A DNA stretch of 50,294 bases from Desulfobacteraceae bacterium. Its GTDB lineage: Bacteria > Desulfobacterota > Desulfobacteria > Desulfobacterales > JALSRD01. The notes beneath the pieces are model-generated. The model saw only the letters and a list, made by a program, of their open reading frames with translations, had not been told where the DNA came from and did not search any database. A program made the position numbers and the translations under genes. The stretch lies in assembly GCA_027061725.1 (NCBI GenBank), contig JAMOVG010000129.1, positions 1 to 50,294 of the forward strand, in the 5' to 3' direction. Shown here in pieces: positions 29,229 through 40,756 of this stretch. The first letter of the stretch is position 1. Every line of letters starts with the position of its first letter.

Positions 29229-30710
29229 GTGATGGAGAACGAAGCACCTGACCGGCCGCGGGAAACGCCCGATGAAGAACAGGAGCCCAGTTTTGCCGAG
29301 ATGTTCGAGGCGTACACCCCCGGGGACGTGCGTGACCTGCAGGTGGGCGACAAGATCAGCGCGCGGGTGATTGCCGTGGGCCGGGACGCTGTTTTCGTGG
29401 ACACCGGCACCAAGATAGACGGCGTTGTGGAGCGTGAGGAATTGCTGGACGAAGAGGGACAACTGGCGTGTGCGGTTGGGGACGAACTGGACCTTTTCGT
29501 AGTCGCCGTGGGCGATTCGGAGATCCGGCTCTCCAAGGCCCTTTCGGGACCGGGTTCGTTGGAAATGCTGGAGGAGGCCCGGGATGCCGGCATCCCGGTT
29601 GAGGGGCGCGTGCAGTCCACCTGCAAGGGGGGCTTCAACGTCACCATCATGGGCCGCCGGGCCTTCTGCCCCATCAGCCAAATGGATGTGGCCTACATCG
29701 AGGACGCCGAAACCTATGTCGGGCAGCAGCTCAATTTCCTCATCGAGCGTGTTGAAGAACGGGGGCGCAACATCGTGGTCTCCCGGCGCCGCCTGCTGGA
29801 GGCCGAGATCCGCAAACAGCGCCAGGCCTTCCTGGAAAACCTCAAGGAGGGCGACGTGGTCGAGGGGCGGGTGACGCGGCTGATGCCCTATGGCGCTTTC
29901 GTGGAAATTTGCCCCGGACTGGAAGGCATGCTGCACGTCTCGCAGATCAGCTGGTCGCGCGTGGGAAAGCCCGAGGAACTGCTGGCGCCGGGACAGGAGG
30001 TGCGCGTCAAGGTGACCGGTATCGAAACCCGCGAGGAGTCCCCGCAGCCGCGGATTTCGCTCTCGCTGCGGGATCTTACGCCGGATCCCTGGGAAAGCGT
30101 GGCTTCCCGCCTGCAGGTGGGCCAGAAGGTGCGCGGCACGGTGACGCGCTGCGTCGATTTCGGCGCTTTCGTGGAGATCGAGCCGGGCATCGAGGGCCTG
30201 GTGCACATCAGCGAGATGAGCTACGCACGCCGGGTGCACGCCGCCAGCGACGTGGTCACCGAGGGGGAGACCGTGTCGGTGATGATCAAAGACATCGATA
30301 CCGAAAAGCGGCGCATTTCGCTGAGCATCAAGGACGCCGAGGGGGATCCCTGGGTGGAGGTGCCGGAAAAATACGGCAGCGGCAAGACGGTCACCGGCAT
30401 CGTCGAGAAAAAGGAGAATTTCGGCCTTTTTATCCAACTGGAGCCCGGCGTCACGGGCCTGATGCCCAAGTCGAAGTTCGAAGGGTTCGAAGACCCCGCC
30501 GCGGCCCGGCAGCTCAAGCCCGGCGATGCGGTGCAGGTGAAGGTGGCCGAGCTCAACACGGCCGAGCGCAAGATGGTGCTGGTGCCGGCCGGCAGCACGG
30601 ACGAGGGTGAGTGGAAATCCTTCACGGCTGCTGCGCCGCAGGACAACGGCGTCAGTGACCTGGGCGAGAAACTGCGCCGCGCACTGGCGGGAAAAAGTAA
30701 ACAGGGGTAA
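29229..30710 (+). CDS. rpsA: Ribosomal protein S1-like protein (five S1 domains; probable paralog)
   Basis: SFAEMFE N-terminus; repeated YGAFVEI/FGAFVEI..GLEG..H.S S1 domains. Confidence 0.85.
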   Translation: MMENEAPDRPRETPDEEQEPSFAEMFEAYTPGDVRDLQVGDKISARVIAVGRDAVFVDTGTKIDGVVEREELLDEEGQLACAVGDELDLFVVAVGDSEIRLSKALSGPGSLEMLEEARDAGIPVEGRVQSTCKGGFNVTIMGRRAFCPISQMDVAYIEDAETYVGQQLNFLIERVEERGRNIVVSRRRLLEAEIRKQRQAFLENLKEGDVVEGRVTRLMPYGAFVEICPGLEGMLHVSQISWSRVGKPEELLAPGQEVRVKVTGIETREESPQPRISLSLRDLTPDPWESVASRLQVGQKVRGTVTRCVDFGAFVEIEPGIEGLVHISEMSYARRVHAASDVVTEGETVSVMIKDIDTEKRRISLSIKDAEGDPWVEVPEKYGSGKTVTGIVEKKENFGLFIQLEPGVTGLMPKSKFEGFEDPAAARQLKPGDAVQVKVAELNTAERKMVLVPAGSTDEGEWKSFTAAAPQDNGVSDLGEKLRRALAGKSKQG

Positions 30711-30775
30711 CAGATGTCAGCGGTTCCCGTCAGTGGATCGCTGGTGGCCGTAAAAGACAAGGAGAATAGTCACAG

Positions 30776-31759
30776 ATGAGCGAGAAAGAAAGCGATGCAT
30801 ATGATCTGGTGATCATCGGCGGCGGTCCCGGGGGGCTGACCGCTGGTATTTACGCCATGCGGGCGGCCATGAAAACCGTGCTGGTGGAGATGGGCGCCTT
30901 CGGCGGACAAATGGTCATGACCGACGAGGTGGAGAACTATCCGGGCTTCGAGCACATCAACGGCGCCGAGCTTTCCATGAAGTTTTCCCAGCACGCCCAG
31001 GCCTGCGGGCTGGAGACCATCAGCAAGCAGGCCGTGGCCGTCGATCCGGGGATCCACTTCCACACCGTGCGATTGTCTGACGGCGAGGAACTCAAGGCCC
31101 ACAGCGTCATCCTGGCGGTGGGCGGTTCGCCGCGCAAGCTGGGCATTCCGGGCGAAGAGGCGTATCATGGCAAGGGTGTTTCCTACTGCGCAGTGTGCGA
31201 CGGCTTTTTTTTCCGGGGCAAGACCGTGGTGGTGGTTGGCGGCGGGGACACCGCGGCCGAAGAGGCCCTGTACCTGGCCAAACTGACCCCCAAGGTGTAT
31301 TTGGTGCACCGCCGCGACGAACTGCGGGCCAGCAAGATCCTGCAGCAGCGCGTGAAGGACGACTGCAACATCGAGATCGTGTGGAACGCGGTGCCGGTGG
31401 AGATCAAGGGGGACGAGCAGGGCGTCCGCGCTGTCACGCTCAAGGACACCCAGACCGGCGAGCAGCGCGACCTGGCGGCCGAGGGTGTTTTCATCTTCAT
31501 CGGTTTCGAGCCCAACAACGACCTGGTGCCCGCCGGGGTCAAGATGAACGCCCAGGGATATGTGATCGCTGACGAGAAGTGCGAGACCAACATTCCCGGC
31601 ATCTTCGCCGTCGGCGACCTTAAGGAGAAGTACGCCCGCCAGATCGTGGTGGCGGCCGGGGAGGGCTGCCTGGCGGCCCTGGGTGCGGCCCATTACGTGG
31701 AGACCAAGAAGGCCACGGGAGGTGTGTGTGAACTGCCCCCCGAACTGATGACCCAATAG
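30776..31759 (+). CDS. trxB: Thioredoxin reductase
   Basis: GGGPGG, VSYCAVCDG, GGGDTA, HRRD and FAVGD motifs. Confidence 0.96.
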   Translation: MSEKESDAYDLVIIGGGPGGLTAGIYAMRAAMKTVLVEMGAFGGQMVMTDEVENYPGFEHINGAELSMKFSQHAQACGLETISKQAVAVDPGIHFHTVRLSDGEELKAHSVILAVGGSPRKLGIPGEEAYHGKGVSYCAVCDGFFFRGKTVVVVGGGDTAAEEALYLAKLTPKVYLVHRRDELRASKILQQRVKDDCNIEIVWNAVPVEIKGDEQGVRAVTLKDTQTGEQRDLAAEGVFIFIGFEPNNDLVPAGVKMNAQGYVIADEKCETNIPGIFAVGDLKEKYARQIVVAAGEGCLAALGAAHYVETKKATGGVCELPPELMTQ

Positions 31760-31816
31760 CCCGGTATTTGGTCCGATCGGCCTGCCCCGGTTGCGAAGTT
31801 GGGTGAAAGGGCATAA

Positions 31817-33730
31817 ATGCGGCACTGCTTCAGACGTGGGTGTCAGTGGTGGCCGGGGGTCCTGCTGCTGGCGGGGCTGATCCTGTTTCCGGCGGTAGGT
31901 TTTGCCACCAAAACCGTTCTGCTTCCCCTGAAAGTGCGCTACGAACTTCTGGAGGTGCTGGTACGCCAGAGCATGTTCACTGCACCCGGTGGAGCCATGG
32001 TGTTGGAGGACCCCACCGACCCCTGCCGGTCGATTCGCATCTCCGGACCGCGTTTCAGCGCCGCGGACGACCGGCTGCGCTTCGAAGTCCGCATCGACGC
32101 CGCCGTCGGCACCCGCATCGGCGGCATTTGCTTAACCCCGGTCCAGTGGGGCGGATACCTGGCGCTTCTCCAGAAGCCGCACCTGGATCCGCGGAACTGG
32201 CGGCTGTCTTTTCAGACCGAGGACGTGGAGCTGTATGACGGCAGCCACCGTCTCCTGAAAACCGGCGGAGTGGTGGGTGAAGCGGTCAAGGCCCAGGTGC
32301 TGTCCGGCCTGGACGGCATGGTCGTCGATCTGGCACCGCCGGTGGACGAGTTCAAGGCCTTCCTTTTGCCGCTTTTTCCCCGCCCGGTGCGGCAGGACAC
32401 CCTGCGCATGCTGCAGAGCATGCGCCCCGGCCCGCTACGCGTGACCCCGGCGGCCATTGAGATGGACGTGCTGGCCGATGTCACCGAGGTCTACGAGGCC
32501 GAAAAGGACGTGGCCTCTGGACCGGTCAGCAAACAGGATCTCGAAAGCCTCATCGACAACTGGCAGGCCTGGGACGCCTTCCTGGTGTCGCTGCTCAACT
32601 CCCTTCCCGCGGCGCAGCTCACTGACACCGATCGCCGCATCCTGCTCGACGCCCTGCTAGACATCCGTTACGGCTTTATCCATGAACTGGACCAGGGCAC
32701 CCTGGAGAGGGGGTTCGTGCGGCGTCAGTTCATCGAGACCTGGAATCGCATCGCCCCCGTCTTCCTGGCCCACCTGAGCGGGGGGGCGACCGGCACCGGC
32801 ACCGGCTACCTGGCCTTTTTCACGGCATCGGATGCCCTCACCATCCTGGACCGCATCGGACCTACCATGGGGCTGGAGATCAGCCGCAACGGCCTGGTGC
32901 GCATGGCCAGGTACATGCGGCTGCAAAACGCCGACAACCTATCCTACGGCCCTGCCGTCGACCCCCAGCTTCGCCGGGTGCTGGGAATGGACCCCCTGGC
33001 AGACGGCGCTGAGCCGGATAACAACACTGGTGGGACGAACCCCTCCGGGCGCCTGGACACCGGGGCTTCACGGACTCTCCTGGGCACCTTGCTGCTGCCC
33101 GCAGCCTGGGCCGGCGAGAAGCCCCGCCGGCTGTCCATGGCGGAAATCCGTCGCTGGCTGGTGACGCCGGACAACGTGAACAGCCTGGTTCCAAAAGTGC
33201 GTCGGTTGCTGGAAAAGGTGGTCGCCGGCACCCGGCGCAGGTCCAAAGAAACTGCGCTGCCTTCCGGTTTTTTCCGCCGCACCGTCTTGGCCACGGCCTG
33301 GCAGGAGAGCTGTTACCGGCAGTTCGTGGTTAAAAACCGCAAGCTGACCTACCTGCAGTCCTACAACCGTTCATCGGTGGGGCTGATGCAGATCAACGAA
33401 CGCGTGTGGCGCGGTATTTACGACCTGCACCGTCTACGCTGGGACATCTCCTACAATGCCCGCGCGGGCTGCGATATTCTGAACCTTTACCTGGAGCGTT
33501 ACGCGCTCCGCAAATACGGGCGCTCCCTGTCACAGCGTAAAGAGCGCCAGGATTTCCTGAGCGGCCTGCTCTACGCGCTATACAACGGCGGACCGTCCGA
33601 GCTGAAGAAATTCCCTGAACGGATGCGCAGCGGGAAACTGCACCACAGTGATCGGCTGTTTCGGGAAAAGTTGAACTGGGTACGCGCCGCGGCCTGGGAA
33701 AATATCCGCCGTTGCCTGGGCGGAGGGTAA
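31817..33730 (+). CDS. Secreted protein with a C-terminal lytic transglycosylase (SLT) domain
   Basis: Signal peptide; AWQES, GLMQIN and ALYNGGP SLT motifs. Confidence 0.85.
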   Translation: MRHCFRRGCQWWPGVLLLAGLILFPAVGFATKTVLLPLKVRYELLEVLVRQSMFTAPGGAMVLEDPTDPCRSIRISGPRFSAADDRLRFEVRIDAAVGTRIGGICLTPVQWGGYLALLQKPHLDPRNWRLSFQTEDVELYDGSHRLLKTGGVVGEAVKAQVLSGLDGMVVDLAPPVDEFKAFLLPLFPRPVRQDTLRMLQSMRPGPLRVTPAAIEMDVLADVTEVYEAEKDVASGPVSKQDLESLIDNWQAWDAFLVSLLNSLPAAQLTDTDRRILLDALLDIRYGFIHELDQGTLERGFVRRQFIETWNRIAPVFLAHLSGGATGTGTGYLAFFTASDALTILDRIGPTMGLEISRNGLVRMARYMRLQNADNLSYGPAVDPQLRRVLGMDPLADGAEPDNNTGGTNPSGRLDTGASRTLLGTLLLPAAWAGEKPRRLSMAEIRRWLVTPDNVNSLVPKVRRLLEKVVAGTRRRSKETALPSGFFRRTVLATAWQESCYRQFVVKNRKLTYLQSYNRSSVGLMQINERVWRGIYDLHRLRWDISYNARAGCDILNLYLERYALRKYGRSLSQRKERQDFLSGLLYALYNGGPSELKKFPERMRSGKLHHSDRLFREKLNWVRAAAWENIRRCLGGG

Positions 33731-33832
33731 GCCCAAAGAAAGCGGCTTGGTGGCGCGCAGGCGGTTTAAAAAGGGCGAGCGATGTCTTATTTTCAAGGGT
33801 GAAGGTTAAGGGACGACGGGGGTGGTGAGCGG

Positions 33833-34432
33833 ATGCGTTTTTGGCAGGAGCTTTCAAAAACGGTTGCAGCGCGGTTGCTGGTGCGCTGGGTGCTGGCGGC
33901 GGGGCTGGCGGTGATGCTGTGTTCGTGTGCCGTCATATCCCGTGACGTACGGCAGCAGGCCGTACCGTCGTCGGTGCCGTTCCAGGCGCTCATGCAGGAC
34001 ACCGATGCCTACCTGGGAAAGGTTGTCATCCTGGGCGGCTACATCATTCGCACCGTCAATCGCGGCGAGCAGACCGACATCTATGTGCTGGAAGCTCCGC
34101 TGCGCCTGGGGGAAGAACCCGCTTCGCGCGACAAGTCGCGGGGACGCTTCGTGGTGACGGTCAACGGGTTCCTGGACCCGGAAGTCTATCGCAGGGACCG
34201 CCTGGTGACCGTGGCCGGCAAGGTTACGGGAAAAGTCGAACTCGAGCAAGAGGGCCACCGCTACCAGTACCTGAAGCTCGACAGCGTCGAAACCTACCTG
34301 TGGCCCGAGTACCGCAGGTCCAGGCCTTACGGGAGTTGCACCGGCCCCTGGTTCTACGGCGGTTTTTACGGGAGCGCCTACTGGCCCTACGGCGGTCCGT
34401 GGGGGGGCTGCGGCCCTGGCTGGCGGTACTGA
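33833..34432 (+). CDS. Slp-family outer membrane lipoprotein
   Basis: Lipobox LCSC; VILGG.I, S.GRF and GFLDPEVY..R.VTVAG motifs; aromatic/Gly-rich tail. Confidence 0.88.
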   Translation: MRFWQELSKTVAARLLVRWVLAAGLAVMLCSCAVISRDVRQQAVPSSVPFQALMQDTDAYLGKVVILGGYIIRTVNRGEQTDIYVLEAPLRLGEEPASRDKSRGRFVVTVNGFLDPEVYRRDRLVTVAGKVTGKVELEQEGHRYQYLKLDSVETYLWPEYRRSRPYGSCTGPWFYGGFYGSAYWPYGGPWGGCGPGWRY

Positions 34433-34433
34433 C

Positions 34434-35162
34434 GTGTCCTCTGCCAACATCGACAACCGCGAAATCGCCCGTTTCGACGATCAGGCCGACCGCTGGTGGG
34501 ATCCGCAGGGGCCGTCCAAATCGCTGCATGACATCAATCCCCTGCGCCTGGCATTTGTCGAGGCCCACGCCGAACTGCGCGGCACGCGGGTGCTCGACGT
34601 TGGCTGCGGCGGCGGCATCCTGAGCGAGGCCATGGCGGCCCGGGGGGCGCGGGTCACCGGCATCGACATGAGCGAGACCAGTCTGCGGGCCGCTCGCCGC
34701 CACGCCGCGGCGCGGGGGGTGCAGGTAGACTACCTGCTGACCACGGTGGAATCCATGGCCGATACCTGTCCGGGGCGCTTTGAAGTGGTCACCTGCATGG
34801 AACTGCTGGAACACGTGCCGCGGCCCGTTTCGGTGGTGCGCGCCTGCAGCCGACTGGCGGCCCCCGGGGGACGGGTGTTTTTCGCTACGCTCAACCGTAA
34901 TTTCAAGTCGTTCCTGTTCGCCATTGTCGGTGCCGAGTACGTGCTGCGGTTGCTGCCCCGGGGGACCCACCGACACGCCCGTTTCGTGAAACCCGCCGAA
35001 CTGGTCGCCTGGGGGGCACGCGAAAATCTTTCCTGTCGGCAGACCCGCGGATTGTGCTATAATCCTTTCACGCGGCGTTACCGCCTCTGCACGGACACCA
35101 GTGTGAATTATCTGATGTGCTTCCACCGCAGTCGGGCAAAGGAGCAGACGCATGGATCTTGA
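34434..35162 (+). CDS. ubiG: UbiG-type O-methyltransferase
   Basis: E.ARF...A..WWD..G..K.LH.INPLRL, VLDVGCGGGILSE, CMELLEHVP and AEYVL.LLP.GTH motifs. Confidence 0.9.
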   Translation: MSSANIDNREIARFDDQADRWWDPQGPSKSLHDINPLRLAFVEAHAELRGTRVLDVGCGGGILSEAMAARGARVTGIDMSETSLRAARRHAAARGVQVDYLLTTVESMADTCPGRFEVVTCMELLEHVPRPVSVVRACSRLAAPGGRVFFATLNRNFKSFLFAIVGAEYVLRLLPRGTHRHARFVKPAELVAWGARENLSCRQTRGLCYNPFTRRYRLCTDTSVNYLMCFHRSRAKEQTHGS

Positions 35163-35658
35163 AAGCGCCATTTTGACGGCTATCGAGTACGAGAAGAAGA
35201 TTCGCGACATTTATCGCGAAGCCGCGGAGGCAGTGGCGGATCCCCTGGGGCGGCACATTCTGCAGTCCCTGGCGGACGATGAGGGTGGCCACGTGAAATA
35301 CCTCGAAAGCCGGCTGGCGCAGTGGCGCCGGGACGGGTCGCTTTGCGTGAAGGGGATGCTCTCGGCGGTGATCTCCCGGGATCGCCTGGCAGATAAAACC
35401 CGCCGGATCGAAAAGGACATGGCCGGGGAGGACCGCGGAGACGAAAAACGTATCCTGAGCCGGGCGCTGCAGGCCGAAATCGATACCAGCGACTTTTATC
35501 GCCGCATATCGGCGGAAATGGACGGCCCCGCCCGCGAAATGTTCGCCCGCTTCCTGGAAATCGAGGAGGGCCACATCGATGTGGTGCAGGCGCAGCTGGA
35601 TTATCTCAGCGGCAGCGGCTTCTGGTTGGGGCTCAAGGAATTCGATATGGAGGAATAA
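35152..35658 (+). CDS. Rubrerythrin-like / ferritin-like diiron protein
   Basis: AIEYE..Y, DE.GH, AE..FY and EEGH paired ExxH motifs. Confidence 0.85.
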   Translation: MDLESAILTAIEYEKKIRDIYREAAEAVADPLGRHILQSLADDEGGHVKYLESRLAQWRRDGSLCVKGMLSAVISRDRLADKTRRIEKDMAGEDRGDEKRILSRALQAEIDTSDFYRRISAEMDGPAREMFARFLEIEEGHIDVVQAQLDYLSGSGFWLGLKEFDMEE

Positions 35659-35660
35659 CG

Positions 35661-35682
35661 GCCGGGAAACCGGTTTTGTTTG
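35661..35682 (+). terminator. Possible intrinsic terminator
   Basis: gccgg-gaaa-ccggt followed by tttgttt; the stem is short. Confidence 0.35.
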
Positions 35683-35836
35683 ATTTTCCGTTTCGTTGTG
35701 TGTATCAGGCCAGAGAAGAGAAAAGCGCTTTTTCGAACCCGGCGGCCCCCATCGCCCCCGTGGTTCGATTTTGTCCGCTTTTCACGATAGGGTCATTCGT
35801 GTGATGTGCCACTAACACCGACAGGAGGGAACAGGA

Positions 35837-37186
<1,350 letters not shown>

Positions 37187-37305
37187 AAAGGTATCCGGTA
37201 TCGGCTGACCGGTGCCAGGGAAAAGGTGCCAGCGGTCGGGTGACGCGTTGAAAATGCGGATGCCTGACGGCTGACACCTGTCGGCTTTATAACTTGGAGG
37301 AAGCG

Positions 37306-38235
37306 ATGGGCAATCAGATCAGAACTGCGGTGCTGTTGGCCGGGATGACGGTTTTCCTGGTTTTCATCGGCGGCCTGATCGGCGGGCGCCAGGGCATGAT
37401 TTTCGCCCTCGTCATTGCGGCGGGCATGAATTTTTTCAGCTACTGGTACTCGGACAAGATGGTCCTCAGGATGTACCGGGCCCGTGAAATTACGCCCCAG
37501 GAAGCCCCCGAACTCTACAACATTGTCAGCGGTCTGGCCCGGCGGGCAGGGGTGCCCATGCCCAAGGTCTACCTCATTCCCCAACAGTCCCCCAATGCGT
37601 TCGCCACCGGGCGCAATCCCGAGCACGCCGTGGTGGCGGTGACCGAGGGACTCCTGCGGATCATGAGTCGCGACGAAATCGAGGGCGTGCTGGCCCACGA
37701 GATGGCCCACGTCAAGAACCGTGACATCCTGATCGGCACCGTGGCGGCTACCATGGCCGGCGCCATCATGATGCTGGCCACCATGGCCCGCTGGTCGGCC
37801 ATTTTCGGCGGTGGCCGCGGGGGGGACGAGGAGGGCGGCGGACTGGGCGCCATCGGCCTGATCGTCATGTCCATCCTGGCACCCCTCGGGGCCATGCTCA
37901 TCCAGATGGCCATATCGCGTTCCCGGGAGTACTTGGCGGACTCCACCGGGGCGGCTTTCGCCGGAAACGCTGAGGGCCTGGCCAGCGCGCTGGAGAAACT
38001 GGGCGCCTACGCCAAGCAGGTGCCCATGCAGGCCAGTCCCCAGACAGCCCACATGTTCATCGTAAATCCCCTCTCCGGAGGCGGCCTGGCGACGCTGTTT
38101 TCCACGCACCCGCCCTTGGAGGAGCGCATTGCCCGCCTGCGCGGGTACCGCGACGGCGGCAAGCCCATGCCGGCACCGGAAGCCAAGGCGGACATATCCC
38201 AACAGGGCCGGAGTATCTGGGACAGCCTGAAGTAG
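37306..38235 (+). CDS. htpX: Zinc metalloprotease HtpX
   Basis: [22 protein letters not shown] and FSTHPP..ERI motifs. Confidence 0.96.
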   Translation: MGNQIRTAVLLAGMTVFLVFIGGLIGGRQGMIFALVIAAGMNFFSYWYSDKMVLRMYRAREITPQEAPELYNIVSGLARRAGVPMPKVYLIPQQSPNAFATGRNPEHAVVAVTEGLLRIMSRDEIEGVLAHEMAHVKNRDILIGTVAATMAGAIMMLATMARWSAIFGGGRGGDEEGGGLGAIGLIVMSILAPLGAMLIQMAISRSREYLADSTGAAFAGNAEGLASALEKLGAYAKQVPMQASPQTAHMFIVNPLSGGGLATLFSTHPPLEERIARLRGYRDGGKPMPAPEAKADISQQGRSIWDSLK

Positions 38236-38263
38236 GGGCGGACACCGGTCAGGGGGATGGAAG

Positions 38264-38518
38264 ATGAAAGACGAGCAGGGACTTTACTACTACCCTTTTC
38301 CCGACAACCACAAGGTGCGCATGTACGTGCGCGCTGTGGGGCACGAGGTTTGTTTCCGCATGTGGAATGCCGATGACCCCGCCATGTGGGAGCAGCACGG
38401 CTGGGTGCCTTACGGAGCTGTGCGCCAAGCCGCCGACATGTACCGCCCGGACGCCTTCGATCCCCGGCGGGCCTACGACATCGACGTGGCCCGTGCGCTG
38501 CTCGAAGAGCAGGCATAA
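38264..38518 (+). CDS. Small hypothetical protein
   Basis: GGGGA RBS; coding-like GC3; aromatic-rich GLYYYP..RMYVR..HGWVPY. Confidence 0.7.
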   Translation: MKDEQGLYYYPFPDNHKVRMYVRAVGHEVCFRMWNADDPAMWEQHGWVPYGAVRQAADMYRPDAFDPRRAYDIDVARALLEEQA

Positions 38519-38536
38519 GTCTGCGAGCCGCGCCTG

Positions 38537-39379
38537 TCACGCATACAGGCGGAACATGACGGCCAGGAAGATCATCCAGGCCAGCACCGCCACGGTGGCC
38601 AGCAGACACAGGCCGCCGAGTAAGCGGTGAACCGCGTTCTCCGGTTTTTTCTCTACGTATCCCAGGAAGAACCCCAGTACGATGCCGGCTGCAAATCCCC
38701 CGGCGTGCCCCCAGTTGTTGATGCCCGGGATCAGCATGCCGAACAGCAGGATGCCCACGGCCCACCCGCCGACCTGGCGGTACACCAGCCGGCCCCAGTC
38801 CCCTCCGCGCGCCTTGCCGAAGTAGACCAGGGCGCCGATCAGGCCGCACACCGCGGCCGAGGCGCCGATGGTCAAGGGAACACCGGCCATGGCCGACACC
38901 CAGAATCCGAAGACGCTGCTGACGGTGTATATGGTGAACATGCGCCAGGGGCCATACTCCCGCAAGGCAAGGGGGGCCAACTGCCAGAAGGCCGCCATGT
39001 TGAAGAAGATGTGTAGAACGCCGCCATGCAGGTAACCGGCCGACAGCAGGCTCCACCAGCGGTGAAGCCGATAAACGGGGATCGAACCGGTGGCGCCCAG
39101 CACCAGCAGGGCGTTGTTGTCCGGGGATAGAAAGTAGAGCGGGTTGGCCGAAAAACGAATGCCGCCGGCCATGGTCAGCAGCGAGACGATGAACATGGCC
39201 GCGTTGGCGTAGATGATTCCCTTGATCCACCACGTGAGGGCCTGCCCGTCGGTGCCGCGCAGAAAGCGCTTGAACTTCGACCCCGGTCGGCGCAGCCCGC
39301 AGTGGGGGCAGCGGCGCTCGTCGAGCCCGATCAGGCGCCGGCAGGCGGGGCACAGGATGGTGGCTTTGTCATGTGTCAT
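38537..39379 (-). CDS. Rhomboid intramembrane serine protease with an N-terminal zinc ribbon
   Basis: CPAC..CPHC; YLHGG..HIFFNM; GASA catalytic Ser; WGHAGG. Confidence 0.92.
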   Translation of the reverse strand: MTHDKATILCPACRRLIGLDERRCPHCGLRRPGSKFKRFLRGTDGQALTWWIKGIIYANAAMFIVSLLTMAGGIRFSANPLYFLSPDNNALLVLGATGSIPVYRLHRWWSLLSAGYLHGGVLHIFFNMAAFWQLAPLALREYGPWRMFTIYTVSSVFGFWVSAMAGVPLTIGASAAVCGLIGALVYFGKARGGDWGRLVYRQVGGWAVGILLFGMLIPGINNWGHAGGFAAGIVLGFFLGYVEKKPENAVHRLLGGLCLLATVAVLAWMIFLAVMFRLYA

Positions 39380-39537
39380 GGGGTCACTCGGGACGCAGAT
39401 GCCGCCAGGCGGCCAAACGCGTCGATGGATGCGGTTTTTTCCTGCGCCCGCGCTGTTTTGTCAAGATTTTTTCGTGGCTACAACCTCTCTCTTCCCGCGA
39501 GCAGCCCCATGCGGCAAAAAAGTTTGGGGGGCGCTTC

Positions 39538-39567
39538 TTGACAACGGTCGAAATAGCATATTAGTAT
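39538..39567 (+). promoter_or_regulatory. Putative sigma70 promoter of leuB
   Basis: TTGACA-18 nt-TAGTAT in an AT-rich patch. Confidence 0.5.
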
Positions 39568-39625
39568 ACTTTTATAGTGATTAACAGAGCCGCTGTGTAC
39601 GCAGCTGGGGCGAAAGGAGCCACGC

Positions 39626-40690
39626 ATGAAGCAGAATTACCGCATCGGTGTCATTCCCGGGGACGGTACGGGACCGGAAGTCATCGCCGAGGGTCTGAAG
39701 GTCCTCGCGGCCGCGGCCGACAAGGCCGGCTTTTCCTACGAACTGGTACACTACGATTTCGGCGGTGAACGCTATCTCAAGACCGGCGAGACCCTGCCCG
39801 ACGGCGCCGTGGAGGAATTGCGGCAGCTGGACGCCATCTACCTGGGTGCCATCGGCCACCCGGATGTCAAGCCGGGCATTTTGGAAAAGGGTATCCTGCT
39901 GAACCTGCGTTTTGCGTTGGACCTGTACATCAACCTGCGGCCCATTAAGCTTTACCCGGGCGTCGACACTCCGCTCAAGGACAAGGGGCCGGCCGATATC
40001 GACTTCGATGTGGTGCGCGAGAACACCGAAGGGCTTTACGCCGGGGCCGGCGGATTCCTCAAAAAGGGCACTGCCGACGAGATCGCCGTGCAGGAGTCCA
40101 TCAACACGCGCAAGGGCGTCGAGCGCTGCCTGCGCTTCGCCTTCGAACATTGCCGCAAGCGGCCCCGTAAAAAGCTGACCCTGTGCGGCAAGACCAACGT
40201 CCTGACCTTTGCTTTCGACCTGTGGGAGCGCACCTTCCGGGAACTGGCGGCCGAGTATCCCGACGTGGAGACCGATTACGCCCACGTGGACGCCATCTGC
40301 ATGTGGATGGTCAAGAATCCCGAGTGGTTCGACGTCGTGGTGACCGACAACATGTTCGGCGACATCATTACCGACCTGGGCGCCATGATCCAGGGCGGCA
40401 TGGGCATCGCCGCCGGGGGCAACATCAACCCCGAGGGCACCGCCATGTTCGAGCCCATTGGCGGGTCGGCGCCCAAGTACACCGGCAAGAACGTGATCAA
40501 CCCCCTGGCGGCCATCATGGCCGGCCAGATGATGCTCAGCCACCTGGGCCAGGCCGAAGCGGCCGACATGGTCGAGCGGGCCGTTATGCAGACCATCGAG
40601 AAGGATCTCAAGAGCATGAACGCCGGCCGTATGGGCATGGGCACTACCGAGGTGGGGGACCGCGTGGCGTCCCGCCTGGCCGCGCTTTAA
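39626..40690 (+). CDS. leuB: 3-isopropylmalate dehydrogenase
   Basis: GDGTGPEV, RENTEG.Y, NMFGDIITD and FEPIGGSAP motifs. Confidence 0.9.
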   Translation: MKQNYRIGVIPGDGTGPEVIAEGLKVLAAAADKAGFSYELVHYDFGGERYLKTGETLPDGAVEELRQLDAIYLGAIGHPDVKPGILEKGILLNLRFALDLYINLRPIKLYPGVDTPLKDKGPADIDFDVVRENTEGLYAGAGGFLKKGTADEIAVQESINTRKGVERCLRFAFEHCRKRPRKKLTLCGKTNVLTFAFDLWERTFRELAAEYPDVETDYAHVDAICMWMVKNPEWFDVVVTDNMFGDIITDLGAMIQGGMGIAAGGNINPEGTAMFEPIGGSAPKYTGKNVINPLAAIMAGQMMLSHLGQAEAADMVERAVMQTIEKDLKSMNAGRMGMGTTEVGDRVASRLAAL

Positions 40691-40756
40691 GCCCTATTCC
40701 TGGTTCCGGCGGCGCTGGGTGTCGTTTGTTTTCTCACACCAAAGAGGAGGGATCCC

